Below are positions 1 to 13,167 of a DNA stretch of 64,000 bases, in pieces. Positions within the stretch are counted from its first letter, which is position 1. Every line of letters begins with the position of its first letter. Position numbers and translations under genes: made by a program. Origin of the DNA: Selaginella moellendorffii (Eukaryota; Plantae; Lycopodiophyta). The DNA lies in NCBI RefSeq assembly GCF_000143415.4, contig NW_003314304.1, forward strand, positions 130,169 through 194,168, read 5' to 3'. Under the pieces are notes generated by a model. The model worked only from the letters and a program-made list of their open reading frames with translations, did not search any database and was not told the origin of the DNA.

Positions 1-137
1 TCCTTACGTTTACCACGAACCGAAGCAGCGTAAATTTTTTCTTTCTTCATTTTCTTTTGAATCGTCTTGACATTGTTGCTTTGTTCTTATGGTTTTTGCA
101 GGTAAATAGTAGATCACAATGTCAGCTTTAGTAGAAG

Positions 138-3100
138 ATGACGCAAATGATAGAAGTTTGGCCAACAAAGACGATTCTACGAGCTTGTAGCTACAAGAAT
201 CGGCGCTGCATGAGCTCGGTGTCGTTAGTGGCACACCGCAGGTCTCTACCCTTTAGTGTTTTTGGAGAGTTTAGATGTAGTTCCCCAAAATTGTGGTGGC
301 TATCTGCGACGCTTGCTGGTTAGTATATCATTTTTACTTTGACAGGTCATAACCAGTTCTTTATCCAGGGCGTAACTGCCGGTTTTGTACTTCGTCAGGT
401 GATTCATCGAATGCATTCGTAAGTCCTGTTATTTTTTCTTTTATTTTTTGTAAGAGAAATTCTTTCACAGAAGATCGACGATTCGAAGCTTGTCAAAGCT
501 ATTGTCTACGAGGCTACCAAGGGCTTTTGCAATTCCGCTGGCAGTACAAGAAAGTAAATTGTTCTTTCTTTGTTTTTCTGGTCTCTTACTTACTTTCAGG
601 TTTAGCGACTTTCTACGATCGCAGCTTTCAATACATGCTGAGAGAGGAGAAAGAGACTTGAAAAGTTTTGAAGTCATTCAAAATTTGGCCCAAGATGCTC
701 AGTCTTACGGTCAAATGGACTGTGAGCAGAGAATTCAACTCCTTGACAGGGTATTTCACTTGAAACCTATGATGTTTTGAGTGAATGTGAATGTACAGGT
801 CGCGCAGATCCAGGGGTTTTCTTGCGCCAGAGATATTGTTGATCACGAGATTGCAGTGGTCGAAGCTTCTCAAGATCTTTCTCATGAGAACTGCGTGAAA
901 AGGGATGAAGGTATTTCATCTTCCCAAGCTTTAACTCAGAACCCTTCGATTGTGTATGGAAGCAGTGAGCCAGTTGATCTTTTTAGCTCAAAAAAGATTG
1001 TGGTTCGCCCAGCGAAGCAAAAGCCGGATGTTAACAAAGCTATACAAAGTTCAAGCAAATCACTACTGGAGTTACCTCCAAGCAAAGAACAAAGCCAGCC
1101 ATCGCCATCCCAACGTACTAAGAGCGTGTCCAGTTTGCTATATCAGGCCTCAGAGACCAGAAGCATTGATACAGAGAACGAGAGATGGAAACTGGACACG
1201 CTAATAAGCGACATGAAATGCTTCACGCCATATCAACGATCGCAGCTACAAGAAAACGGCTTTTACACGGTAAACGTCGCATTCTCCTCGAAAGTGTCTG
1301 ACAAGTTTTTGTTTTAGGCTCGTAGTCTACTCAACCATTTTCCTCGTGCTCATGTGAGCTTTGAAAGCCCCACCGACACTTTGGAGGATGGACAATCTGT
1401 GGCATTGTTTGGGACAATTGTTATGACCAGGTAAAACTATTGTGACACGTCTTCAAAAACTTACTACGGGACACGTTTCTGCAGGGCCTCGAAAATCAAA
1501 GACACTCTGGCTATGCTTGAAGTCATTGTGAACTGTAAGATTGCCCAGGAATGCCTAAGGCCTTGTGATGACGAAGTTGATGAAAATACCGTATTCCTGC
1601 ACATCAAGAGGTTCTTTCAAGGCCCACGTTTTACATCGAGCTGGTTTTTGAACAAAACGGCCTCGGGTTACCCTGAAGGTTCCAAAGCAGCAGTTAGTGG
1701 CAAGGTATTGCATCGCACACTTTGATATTGCTTAACAGTTTCTTCTCACCTTACAGGTGAAAGCGATGAATAGAAAATCTCACTTTTTGCTAAAAGAGTA
1801 TGCGGTTAAAGTTATTGACGGCGAGGATTTTGACCAGCTTCGAAACGACGGAGAAGCATATCCTGTGTACTCATCGAAGGGTCTTTTAAATCCGAAGAAG
1901 ATACAAGTGTTTATACAGAGGTAATTAACGCAAACCAGTGCAGCTGATTTTTGAAAGCTGCATAGGTTGCTGAAAGGATTACCGACGGATATAGATCCTC
2001 TTCCCACTGAAGTGCGAGACAAGTACGATCTTCTGAGTATAGAACAGGTTTGTCTTTATTAACGTTGTTGTTTCTACTTACATGCCTCCATTTCAGGCCT
2101 ATTCCACCCTTCATCAGCCTACTAATCTCCAAGGGGCAAATGTAGCTAGGCGAAGAATCGTGTTTGACGACTACTTCTATCTTCAGGTCTAGTAAGATTC
2201 TAGTGAACCATGAGGCTGATGACCATATATATCTTACAGTTGGCGTTTCTTCTCCAAAGAAACTGCTTGAGAGGAAGTACCGTAAACAATGAGCTGGAAA
2301 TGGATAAGTGGTCATCTCTAAGTCTGAAAGTCTTGAATGCGCTTCCTTTCAAGTTGACTGCTGGGCAGATCAAGGCTGCCTCTGAGATCATGTGGGATTT
2401 GCGTCAGCAAGCTCCAATGAGCCGTCTCTTACAGGTGCATATTTTGTTCCTTGCTTTGGTATGCTTCTGACTTCACGTTCATTGCAGGGAGATGTTGGCT
2501 GTGGGAAGACTATAGTGGCATTTCTCGCACTTCTTGACGTGGTCAGTTCAGGATACCAGGTATTTTTCATGAAATTCGTCACCTTTCTATACTAATACCG
2601 TATCGCGCAGGCAGCTCTTATGGCACCCACGGATTTTGTAGTCTCGCAACATTACAAACAGTTCCTGTCCTGGCTTGAAGTGCTGGATGAGAAGGATAGA
2701 CCAAAGATAGCGCTTCTTTCCGGATCTTTAAGTGCGGGTGAAGCTCGTCTAGTCCGAGAAGTGAGATTTACTCAAATTTTTCTGCTTATTACATTTCTTT
2801 TCCTTCCAGGGTATCGCCAACAGAGAAATCTCTCTAATTCTCGGTACGCACGCTCTTATATCCAATTCGACTAATTTCCCGGCGCTGGGACTGGCTGTTA
2901 TTGACGAGCAGCATAGGTTTGGTGTTGGACAGAGAGATCGTTTGAAAACGGTACGCATTTTCTTAAATGAAGGCTGATCTTCTGAGATAGCGTTGTTGGC
3001 AGGCACACGCTTCTGAGGCCGTCGAGCCGGATCTGGACGATGCTGATCTGGAAAGAGCGAGACTGGCGAGCACTACACATGTTTTGCTCATGTCTGCTAC

Positions 3101-4057
3101 GCCGATTCCTCGTTCACTTGCCTTAACGTGTCATGGAGACATGAGTTTGAGCCAGGTTTGTGCTCGTTTCCTTCTCACGCTTTTGCTTACTTCCATTCAT
3201 GTAGATTAATGAGATACCTCCGGGAAGGCAGCCTGTAGACACTTATGTTCTTCCAGATGACGAAGGAGGACGCAGGAGAGCTTACGAGGTAATAGTAGGA
3301 GCACTGCGATGAATCTGTCTGACAAGTGTTTTGCAGCTGGTGAGGGCAGAGCTCGAGAATGGAGGCAGGGCCTTTTTCGTTTATCCTCTCATCAACGAAT
3401 CAAGCTCTTTCGAGCACCAGCGAGCCGCCGTCACCGAGTTCGACAAGGTTGTGAAGGAATTCAAAGACTACAAGTGCGCGCTCGCGCACGGCCGGATGAA
3501 GCCAGACCTGCGCAACCAAGAACTCAAACGGTTTCGCGAGGGAGAATGCCAGATCCTGGTGGCGACCAAGGTGGTGGAGGTTGGCATCGACGTTCCAGAG
3601 GCGACCGTGATGCTGATAGAGTCGGCAGAGGGCTACGGCCTGGCGCAGCTCCACCAGCTAAGAGGCCGGGTGGGACGAGGGACGAGGAAATCGTTTTGCA
3701 TACTCCTTACGTGCTGCGATACGGCCGTGGAGCGACTCAAGCTACTCGAGAGCACCACCGATGGGTTCCGGCTGGCGGAAGAGGACTTGAAGATGCGAGG
3801 GCCGGGTGATTTGCTCGGGAAGAGGCAGTCAGGAACACACTTGGAGTTCGTGCTGGCTCGCCTGGGCGAAGACAACGATATATTGCTGCAAGCCAGGGCC
3901 GCTGCCGAGGTATGTAGTTATGTGCTTTTGAGAGACTCTCCATGCCTTTTTTGCTCGTGGTTGGCAGGAATTACTGGAAACTGATAAGAATCTGGAAAGG
4001 CATTCCAAGGTCAAGCATGAGATCAACATCAGGCAGCTGCCCAAGTCTTGGAGCTAG
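138..4057 (+). CDS. RECG1: ATP-dependent DNA helicase RecG (organelle-targeted), multi-exon
   Basis: Spliced exons give RecG motifs MSRLLQGDVGCGKT (Walker A), MAPT, VIDEQHRFGVGQR, MSATPIPRSLAL, ILVATKVVEVGIDVP, GLAQLHQLRGRVGRG and DGFRLAEEDLKMRGPG (TRG motif). Last exon 3968-4057 ends in TAG. Start codon uncertain (138 or 147). Confidence 0.93.
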
Positions 4058-4686
4058 AAAAACGAATCGATTTATATATATAGAAAACACTTTTTTTCCC
4101 ATAAAGATTAAGTTCCATTGTTTGGGTTCGCGCTCGCCTTTCCACGTATGAGGACCCTGCAACATTATTTTCTGATGTTCTACGGTTTTATGTTTCTTGA
4201 TAATGAGGATATAAAAGAGAAGATGGTAGCTTGGTTTGGTTGGCTAGACCACTTCATCGAGGAATTCTTTGTCAAGGCATCCTTTATTCTGCTTCACTTC
4301 ACTTCCTTATATACGGTGATCGACCGTTTTTTACATGCTAGTGCTTGCTCCAATGGTCGTGACCCTAATACTGATGTGGCGGCAAATGGAATATTCCCTC
4401 GGTTCTACACTTGTCCGAACGTAACTTAACGCAACATCAGCTAGGATCGAAGCACTCGTCTGGACTTGCTCACATAAATCACTCTGCATTAACTTCCTAA
4501 GATTGGAAGATTGAACCTTCTTGTTTTGATCTGATAAAATTCCTTAGCAGAGAATACCATTAATGTTTTGAGCCGCTCGCCAATCGCCCACGTCCTCCCT
4601 GAAATGCTGCACAAAAAATCTCGTGTTGATCAAAGGGAATAACCCAACGTTAACATCGCTCTCGTTCTCCTAATTTGTGTAAGGGG

Positions 4687-6680
4687 ATGGCGGAGGAGGA
4701 TGAGCGCAATGCGGGTGGCGCCGGTGCCAGCCGGATGGTAGCTAGCACAACCGAACGAAGAGGAGCTGGCGGGAGAGGAGGCCCAGGCGATCAGCACAGG
4801 AGGCCAAAGATCGAGCTGATGCCTCCCGATTTCCTCGATTTTTTTCCCATCAGGAACGAGGCGCTGGAGATTACGACGGTTTCAGCGTGCAAACGTTTCT
4901 TCACTCCAATGCAACAAGCCACAAATGCGCTTTGGACGGTACTTCACAAAAACCTATTGTAAGCCTGTTTTATGTTACATCTCTTATAGCTTCCTCTGTG
5001 ACACAATGCAACAAGATGTCATAATTCCTACAGTACACAACAGAGAAAATTCCATATATTCTATGTATTGTAAATTCACTTTGTTCCTAATTTCTGCTAG
5101 ATTATGAAGAGCATGGCGGTGAGTTGAGAGAGGTCCAAAGAGGTACACATCAGGATTGGAAATGTCGCACGAACACAATCACGAAATGGAGTCCTTATCA
5201 ATCTGAAGAATCCATTCGCACTCCAGACTAGCAATCTTAAGTTATGTGTCTCCAGACTAGCAATCTTAAGTTATGTGTCTATATGATTCCAGTTCAAGAA
5301 AATCAAAGACCAAGGCACTAGAATGATCATCTACAATCTCTGGGAGGATGAGCAGCAGCGGCTAGAGTTGGACTTTGAATCAGATCCTCTCAAGTATGCT
5401 TTGAATTTTTTGCAATGGTTTACTTTGCTGACTCCCTTCAAGGATATTCAAATTAGGGGTGGCGGAGAACGTGCTTATATGGCGGAAAAATATCTCAGTG
5501 CAAAACATGTCTTTCTGTACCAATATTCTCTACTGCCAAATAATTTCAAGATCACCCTTTGGAACCAAGAGATTTTACACCATAATACTTTGAGTGATGT
5601 AACACATATTGAAGAGGTGGTTTACAAGCCAAAGGATGGACAATATGTAAGTGTTTCATCTTTTTTTTTTGTTCTTTGAAAATTTATGTCTTTTTTGGGT
5701 GTAGATGTCTGCAATAGTACACCTTGGGTTTTTGAAGGATGCTAGCCAGCACATAAATGTGCAAGGATTCAATGTCTATCACAGAAATCGGCTTATAAAG
5801 GTAGTCAATGGTTCTAAACATTCTTTTTCTCATTTAATCTGTAACAGAGTTTCTGGAGAATATGGAATTCATCAGGCAGCCAAGGACGAGGTGTCATTGG
5901 CAAGTTTTGCTATTGTCATTTTAGTCTTAGTCTTTCTTACATTCTTTTGCTGGTCTAGGAGTTTTGGAAGCAAAATTTTGTAGAACCTGCTCATGATAAA
6001 CAAGGATTTGAATGGACACCTGTCCTTCAACGACTAGAGCATCGTCTACAACAAATGCAAAGAAAGTTTTGGTTAGTGTTCTCCTTTTCTGCATATTTAC
6101 TATTGTAATGGTTTTCTGCAAAGGATAATAACTGTCAAAAAGTGGGATATCAGGGACCACTTGCTACGGCTGCCTCTGCTACTAGGAAAAGGAAGACGAT
6201 GCATGAAGTACAGCAACCTCAGAATGCAGAGCGAGGTGATGGCCTGCAAGGTCATCCACTCACCTAGGATGACACTTGGGTGCTGGAGGAGAAGAGGGGA
6301 GAAATTCAGTGACAATGGAAGGATGCTAAAACGTTCTTCTTTTGTTTGAATAAAAACCTCATGCACTCTAGATGAGCCAAAGATTTGCATTGTGGCACAT
6401 CTCATTCCACCCTGAGATGGTACTGTCAAATGCTAATGTGTGAGTAGATGAGAAGGTGGCAGGAAGACATACTCAGTCTCAGTGGTTGCCATATAGGATT
6501 CATGTTAAAGAAGAGACACCAATTCCATATTAGAATGATGTTTTTCATTCCAGAGAACTATCAAGACTCCAAAAGTCAAGGATCATAAGCTGAGGGACTT
6601 AGAGCAAGAGACAGTTATAGTTACCTGGAGAGGCTGGAGGAAGCCGGAAGTGCACAGCTAGAAGGGGTTACTCAAGCCTA
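4687..6680 (+). pseudogene. MORC (microrchidia) family pseudogene; GHKL ATPase core missing, S5-fold region retained
   Basis: Contains PPDFLD...ACKRF, TITKWSPYQSEE, GTRMIIYNLWEDEQQRLELDF, VQGFNVYHRNRLIK, GSQGRGVIG and EPAHDKQGFE. Frameshift near 5970 (gaagcaaaattttgtagaa), loss of the RSYASILYLR-type segment and a 29-bp duplication at 5221-5278. 3' limit approximate. Confidence 0.8.
5221..5278. repeat. Perfect 29-bp tandem duplication (ctccagactagcaatcttaagttatgtgt x2)
   Basis: Read directly from the sequence, inside the MORC remnant. Confidence 0.95.
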
Positions 6681-6769
6681 GAAGCTGGTACTAGCATATT
6701 CCAAGCTTTTTCAACGAGCAACTTCCATCCTTGAACCTGTGACAAATATGCCCCTGAAGCTGAGTTGAC

Positions 6770-7830
6770 GGCTATAACAATTGCCAGCCCCAGAAATCAG
6801 GAGGATTGTGGACGCTCCTCCCAATCCATTTCTCACCCAAGCGCGACAACATCCTGTTCATGACGCTGTCAGAGCTTGCTCGTCCGGAGCTCAAGCGGGG
6901 CTTCGCATTGATCCGGAATGCAACTGTCGCAGCCGACGTTGCTTTTCCTCGTTCTTGGAGTTCTAGCGTGTTCTTTGCTCTCTCTCTCACGCACAGGTCG
7001 TCCTACGTCGGCCTCGTCCTTGTCCGACGACGGGCTTGTGGGAGTGGAGCGTCTCGTTTCCGGGTTGCCACCCGGTGCTAGGATCAACTTTGTCAGCTGG
7101 TCCTTTGTTTTCTTGAGTGGCTTGTGTGTATCTCCATCCCAGGTCGCCTGATGGTAGTCACCTTGCATTCGCTCTTTGGGGGATGGACAAGGTACTCCTC
7201 TCTCATGTAATGGAATCCAAACTTTCTCACAGGAGGACAGGACAAGGAGGGATCTGGCACTTTGGATGGCGGAAGTGCAAACGCTAGAAGCTAGAGAGCT
7301 CAATGGACCTCCAAACGACTTATTCGATTCGTAAGCCATCAACTTCCAGCCTACGTACGTGATGTTCTTTTCTAATTCACTCTCGCGTTAGATACCCGTG
7401 GCTGGATCCCTCGACTCTGATAGCCTGCGTTGTTACAAGCGCTCGGGGTCCTCCACCCAAGAAACCACTCACCCCACCATGTCCCAAGGTTTTCATGACC
7501 GAGGAAAAGCTGGTCGTGCAGAACCGAACGTAAGACGTGTTCGATTACTATGCTACCAGCGAGCTCCTTCTCGTGTCCACGTCCGGAGATGTCGATCAGC
7601 TGGTGCTTGGCGAGGTTGCGGTGTACACTTTCGTGGATCCATCTCCTGATGGAAACTACTTGCTGGTGTCGACCATGCACCGGCCTTATTCTTTTTCGGT
7701 CCCCTGGGGCCGAGAGGACAGAGGTATGGACGCGATCAGGACGACTTGTTCTTGCCACTCGCATGACAGTGTTCGGCAAGGTCGAAGGTCCATCCACTGG
7801 TGCTCGGACAAGCCTTCATCCCTGTATTGG
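6770..7830 (+). pseudogene. Fragment of a chloroplast glutamyl endopeptidase (cGEP, S9 family), frameshifted, catalytic C-terminus absent
   Basis: Segments GYKLPAPEIRRIVDAPP, FSPKRDNILF..LSELARPE, SGLPPGARINFVSWS and FDYYATSELLLVS..VYTFVDPSPDGNYLLVSTMHRPYSFSVPWGR lie in different reading frames and match the cGEP N-terminal region as I recall it. Confidence 0.75.
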
Positions 7831-8402
7831 TAATAAATGAATGCTTTTTTCTTTCTGTTCCTCATTAAATGTAACTGCGTTCGTGCTGGGAGATTGGAAC
7901 GCTAGAGCACTCCCTTTTTGCCAAAAAAGCACAGTGAATTGCCACCACGATCAGTCAGAGAACCTCTTCTTTCTCACAAACATGGAGTAGAGGAGGAGCG
8001 GCAAACATTTCTCTTGCAAAAGTTCTCCAGGAAAGATAAAACACTTGGGAGCTTGAGGTAGGAAAATTCGCGGCTGCAGCGGCAGAGGAGAATCCTAAAC
8101 AAAAAATAGCTATTAAATTAAAATAAAAAGTAATAGTGTATCAGCTAAGCACACTATACTCCATTCCAATGCCAAAGCTGGCATCTTTCTATGCACCATC
8201 GTCTACATCCATTCATTCTCATTGCCATCATCTTCTTCCACTTGCATCCCAGCTTGATTCGTGTACTCAGAGTGTTCTTCTTCTTTCCTTTGTATTTCCT
8301 CAGTACCAATCGTATCTTGTAGTATATTCTGGGATCCATGCCTTTTAGTGTACCTTTTCCTACAAGGATAAAGCCACCAAACTGCCGCCCTAGCCCTTCG
8401 CC

Positions 8403-8696
8403 ATGCCGCAAGTTAAAGTGGTCTTCGACTACGACAGACCAAGAGAAACACTCAAAGTCCGCATCTCATCAAGTTCATCGCAAGATCCTCTCACTCGCAG
8501 CCAGCTGCGGGAAATCGCATCGGAACTCCATCAGAATGCGTCAGCCTCCTGGACGCTGCTCGGCCAAAAGCCAACCGCCAGCGGAGTCATCCTCAGGTAC
8601 CAAAAGTCAACCGCCAGCGGAGGCATCCTCACGTATCGCGAGAAAAGTCAACGCCCAGCAAGGCGAAGAAAGTCAACCAGGCCCATCTTACCATAG
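8403..8696 (+). CDS. Possible small orphan protein (97 aa) with an internal ~36-bp repeat
   Basis: ATG-initiated ORF with GC-rich third positions, convergent with the mTERF gene; repeat QKPTASGVILRY/QKSTASGGILTY. No homology recognised. Confidence 0.3.
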   Translation: MPQVKVVFDYDRPRETLKVRISSSSSQDPLTRSQLREIASELHQNASASWTLLGQKPTASGVILRYQKSTASGGILTYREKSQRPARRRKSTRPILP

Positions 8697-8809
8697 AATC
8701 TATCTAGCTACTCGTTGTAGCGAACAAAGAAAAGAACCACTATAATCTTCGTAACGTAAACAATTTATATACATAGTATTACAGCCATGATTGAATCGCT
8801 GGATTTTCC

Positions 8810-9475
8810 TTAGAATCTCGCCCAGCATCTGGTACATTCCGCCATGCAATCCCCTTTGCAGTCCACATTGTAGCCCAAAACTTGTGGCTTGCGAAGCACC
8901 AGGCTTTTCAGCGTCCTCCCGCTGATCCCCCACGTAACATCCAACACCCCGACGTTGCCCTGGATCTCCTCCTCGAGCTTGCATCCCAGGATCTCGGGGA
9001 ACTTCTTCATCAAACCCGAGACCTCCGCGTCCGACAGCCCCAGGCTCTTGAGATACTCCACTTTCCCCGCCACCTCCTCCACAGCCGGGACGGATTTCTC
9101 CTTCCCCTCCCCCCAGTATGGCGATTTGAGGTGCCCCGACGACTTCCCGATCACTCTATCCGCGTCTTCGATCGAGAGGCCCAGCTCCATGAGCTTGCCG
9201 CGAGAGGCCTCCCACCTCTCGCGGAGCTCTGGAGGTAACGATCCCTGGAGATGGTCTTGACCTTGATCGCTGCCGCTGGCTTTGATGGTCACTAGTCGTC
9301 GTCTTCTTCTCGACGAACTACCTTGGAGTAGAACTCTACCTCTTTCCGGAGCGCCCACGATCCTGGGCTGCGCAATTGTCGATCCAAAACCGTGGTGGAG
9401 CTGCAGAGCAAGATCCGTGAGCTCATCCAGGAGAGAAGTAAAGCTTACCGGCAGAGCGCGCAAGAGCTCTCCCAT
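8810..9475 (-). CDS. Small mTERF-family protein (mTERF12-like), intronless, probable transit peptide
   Basis: KVEYLKSLGLSDAEVSGLMKKFPEILG mTERF-type repeat and C-terminal QVLGYNVDCKGDCMAECTRCWARF. Confidence 0.85.
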   Translation of the reverse strand: MGELLRALPVSFTSLLDELTDLALQLHHGFGSTIAQPRIVGAPERGRVLLQGSSSRRRRRLVTIKASGSDQGQDHLQGSLPPELRERWEASRGKLMELGLSIEDADRVIGKSSGHLKSPYWGEGKEKSVPAVEEVAGKVEYLKSLGLSDAEVSGLMKKFPEILGCKLEEEIQGNVGVLDVTWGISGRTLKSLVLRKPQVLGYNVDCKGDCMAECTRCWARF

Positions 9476-9505
9476 CCCGGCGCACTAAAGCCCTATAGCG
9501 GTAAA

Positions 9506-12500
9506 TTAGACCCAAGACCGATCGTTAGAGGTCGAGAAGAAGAGAAGTTTGATCTTACCGTGCGATGCTCCGAAGTAATTGGACTGGCTATGCATGAGCT
9601 CCAGCCGCCGCAAGATCAGCCCGGCGGCTCTCCGCGTCTTTGGATCAGCCGTTTGAGCAGCGTAGATGACGTGCATTTGAGCGGATGGGCCATACTGCGC
9701 GCAGTAGTCGGGGTGACTGAACAGCCGCTCCACGATGGCCAGCGCGTACCGCTGGGCGTCACGCCCGCCGCTACTCACCGCCGCTATCACGGCGCTCAGC
9801 CCCTTGGCTTTGTCGATGGCGTGGCAGCCCTCGACTGTACCAGCCGGATAAGCCTCCGAGGTGCCGTCGGCGGTATCCTCGTCCAGGAAGCCCGTCAGCG
9901 TCGCCAGTGCCGCCAGTGCCGCAGCGGCGCCGCCGGCGGTATCGGCGGCGTCCGCCTTGGCCGCGTCCTTGAGCAGCGCCACCAGCGGCACCACCGCGTC
10001 GGCTTCCACGAGGCAGAACGTGTGCCGCGCGGTACACTCGCCGCCGTGGACCCGGCAGCACCGGCTCGGTCCGCGCGGCGCCAGCCACGGCAGGCACAGG
10101 TACACGACGCTCCTGCATGACTCGTCCTGTTTTCGCCGCTTTTGCTTGCTGCGGCTCTCGCTCAAGCTCCAGCTGCTCGACGAGAACTCTGCCAGGCACC
10201 GCGCGGCACGCCGCCGCGTGAGCATGCTCCTCCCGGGCTCCAGCAGCTGCACCAGCCGCTCGATCATCCCCGCCTCGGCCAGCTTCGTCTGCGTCTCCAC
10301 CCCAAGCTTCGCGAACTTTAGAACGATGCCCACCGCCGCCTCGATCGTCGCAGCGTCCTGGGAGGCGTCCATCACCAGCGCTGCCACTACGTGAAGTAGC
10401 CCCTTGTCTCCATCTTGGTGGTGATGATCCAGAGCGCTCCTCACGACTCCATCCCCCTTCATGCTCGCGATGATCCCCAGTATGGACGTTCTCTCCGGGT
10501 CCTCGGACAGGTTCTTCACGAGCTCGGCTATGATCCCGGGCTCCTCTCGCATCGCCACGGACGCTTCCTGTCTGGATTCCTTGCTCAGCAGGCAAAACAG
10601 CTCCATTGCGTGCCGCCTTACTTCCACCACCATAGCTGGAGTTTTCGAAGCCGCGCTGCTCGGAGTCGACGTAGCCGGGTTCTTGAGGAGCGGAAGAAGT
10701 GTTTGCAGCGCCTTGTGCTCGCAGAGCTTTGCTCTCGTAAAGCCTCCGATGTTCTTCCCGTTGGCCAAGCCGAGGAGAGTGCTCAAGACGTGACTTTGGA
10801 CGCCAGCAGCCGTGGGCGAGCCCATGAATTGCAAGAACTCGTAGATGTAGATCTCGAGCTGGTTCATTGTGGCTTCGTCTTCGTCGCTCCAGGCATCACC
10901 AGCGATCTTAGAGAGATCGGCCAGTATCCGGGCAGCGCCAACTTTTATCTCCTCCACGGACTTGACAGAGGTGAGTTTGTGTTCCATCAGCCTGAAGCCG
11001 TGCAAAGTGAGGACTGTCTCGGCGATGCCAGGCACGGATGTGAGGTTTTGGAGAGCACCTAGAGCTGCTTCGTTTTCTTCTCGCCGGAAGCTTTCGATCA
11101 TTTTCAGCAGCGACACCAGCACGTCCTCCGTTGCAAGTGACGTTTTGCTCGAGTCTGGCAAGTGCATGGCAGCGAGCGCGTTTGCCATGAGAATTCTCGA
11201 TTCCATGGATCCTGCAAGAGCATTTTCATCAAAGATGTGAAAGAACATCAAAACGAAGTGAATTACCTTCAACGAGCCTGTTTGCCAAAGGCCGCATAAG
11301 ATTGGCCTCGGCCATTATCACAACATTTTCATCGCTGCTTGGGACATTCTCCAGGATGGCCGTCACGTTCGAGTTCACGTCCTCGTCCTCGCAGCCGAGT
11401 AAAGTTACCAGAAACACCACCGCACCTTGTGCGTGGCTGATCAGCTCCGCGGTGCTGGGATTCTCCGACAAGATCTTCATCACCAACACAGCTTCTCCCA
11501 AGTCTTCCTTTTGCCGAGTGAGGCTAAAAACCAGCTGCTCAACTATACCGGCCTTCACCATTGATTCCTAAAAGAAGCAAAATGATCAGTAGCTTATAAT
11601 TGGCAGACTACTTAGAACAAGGAAGAACCAGGCAAAACTGTCGATCAAAATATGCAAAGCCGCTCAAGAGAAAATCCTTGAAAGCACAAGCAAAGAAGTG
11701 AAAAGAAAAAGCAAGAGTGAAAGATCACAAGCTGCATGATCATGTCGCAAGCAAGGAAAGTGGAAGTTTGCAAAACGGTGATTATATGCAAATCTCATTA
11801 AAAAAAAGCCTTCACAAGCACAAGCAACGCGATGAGAAAAGCAAAAGCAAGAGTGAAAAATCACAAGCTGTCTCAAAAGGTAGATTTTTCTCGCAAGCAA
11901 GGAACGTGAAAGTTGAAAGCTATCTTACCTGGTTTTCCACGTTGTCCCGAGCAAGCACCGCGAGCGCCGCCAGGGCCTCCTTGCGTAGAGTCACGGCATC
12001 CCGCGCGTCATGCAGAAGCTTCACCATCGGTCCAATCAGCCCAATGGTGCCAACTTTGTATTTGTTGAGCGGCTCCTCCTCACACACCGCGCGGACGTCC
12101 CGCATGGTCCGCGCGTCTGTGTCGGGACAGCGCGGCTCTCCGAGAAGGCACCGCGCGGCACAGTGGAGCCGGGCCTCGAAGTTCCTCTCCCTCCACTCGG
12201 CAATGGACTGCTTTAGCGCGAAGTTGGATTTCATCTGCGTGGTGGGGAGCTCCTCGCCCATCACCGGGCATCGCGTGTTCCCCTCGGCAAACCACCGCTC
12301 GATCGCCTCGCGCTCGTACGTCTGCCCCGAGGCGATCTGGACGGGGTCGCGCATCACATCGCGAGTGATCGGGCAGATGAATGGCTGCAAGGGCAGCATT
12401 GGCGCGTCCCTGCCGCTGATCGAGAGCGACGCCATGAGCTGCTTCATCCGCTTGGCCTGTTCTCGCTCGCAATCCTCGTCGCCCTCGATGGCATCCCCCC

Positions 12501-13167
12501 TAGAAGATCGAAGAGCCCGGTCGAGAACCAGCAAGAACTGCTCCAGATAGAGAGCGTGGACCTTCCCGCCGCGCGCCTCCGCGGCCGATCGCTCGCACCA
12601 CAGCTTCTCCACCTCGTCGACGAATCCCTGGCTAGTCATCTCCATCCCCACGCCCTCGGCGATCTGCCGCGCCAGCCTCCGGCACAGCGCCGTATCGATC
12701 ACGATTGTGTCGAGCATGCCCTCGTCGAGCGAATCGATGAGCGCTTCGTCGTCGCCGGTGGGGCGAAATCCCTCGCTAAGCCGCTCCAACAGCGAGCTAT
12801 CCACCTTCGCCGTCCCGCCCAGTGCCTCGATTCCCCGCCGCAGCCTCTTCCCCGATTCTTGAAGCTCCGCCATGATCTTGGGGCTACACATGAGGAGATA
12901 GAGCGATGATCGGCCCTTGTAACCCTGGAGGAGATTCTCCTCACTGCTCAGCTCCTCCTCTAGCTGCTGTGCCTGGATTTCGCCACTGTCGGCAAGCCGC
13001 GACAGGAACAGCGCCAGGCCCTCGAGGCAATCCGCGAGCTGCGCGAATGCCCGCTGCGCTGGATTGGGGCGCTTGCCGGGCGACGGCTGCCGCACGGCAG
13101 TGCTGCCGCTGCTGAGATCTCGCGCCGCCACGGCCAGCGCCATGACCCTCTTGCGCATCCCTTCCAT
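9506..13167 (-). CDS. U-box/ARM-repeat E3 ubiquitin ligase (PUB43/PUB44-like)
   Basis: U-box PFICPITRDVMRDPVQIASGQTYEREAIERWF..CPV, ARM repeats and C-terminal CRVHGGECTARHTFCLVEADAV. Three exons at approx. 13167-11930, 11567-11267 and 11211-9506. Confidence 0.9.

Noticed and set aside
4118-4429. 103-aa ORF after RecG
   Set aside because: Non-ATG start, no recognisable homology, and adjacent to pseudogene debris.
5221-5278. 29-bp repeat as a possible CRISPR repeat
   Set aside because: Two adjacent copies with no spacer, in eukaryotic DNA.
11705-11910. Direct repeat inside the long U-box intron
   Set aside because: Short imperfect local duplication with no terminal structure or evident function.
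9392-12909. Long plus-strand ORFs opposite the U-box gene (similar ones oppose GAUT, BXL and PPR genes)
   Set aside because: Antisense shadow ORFs caused by GC-rich codon usage of the real genes.
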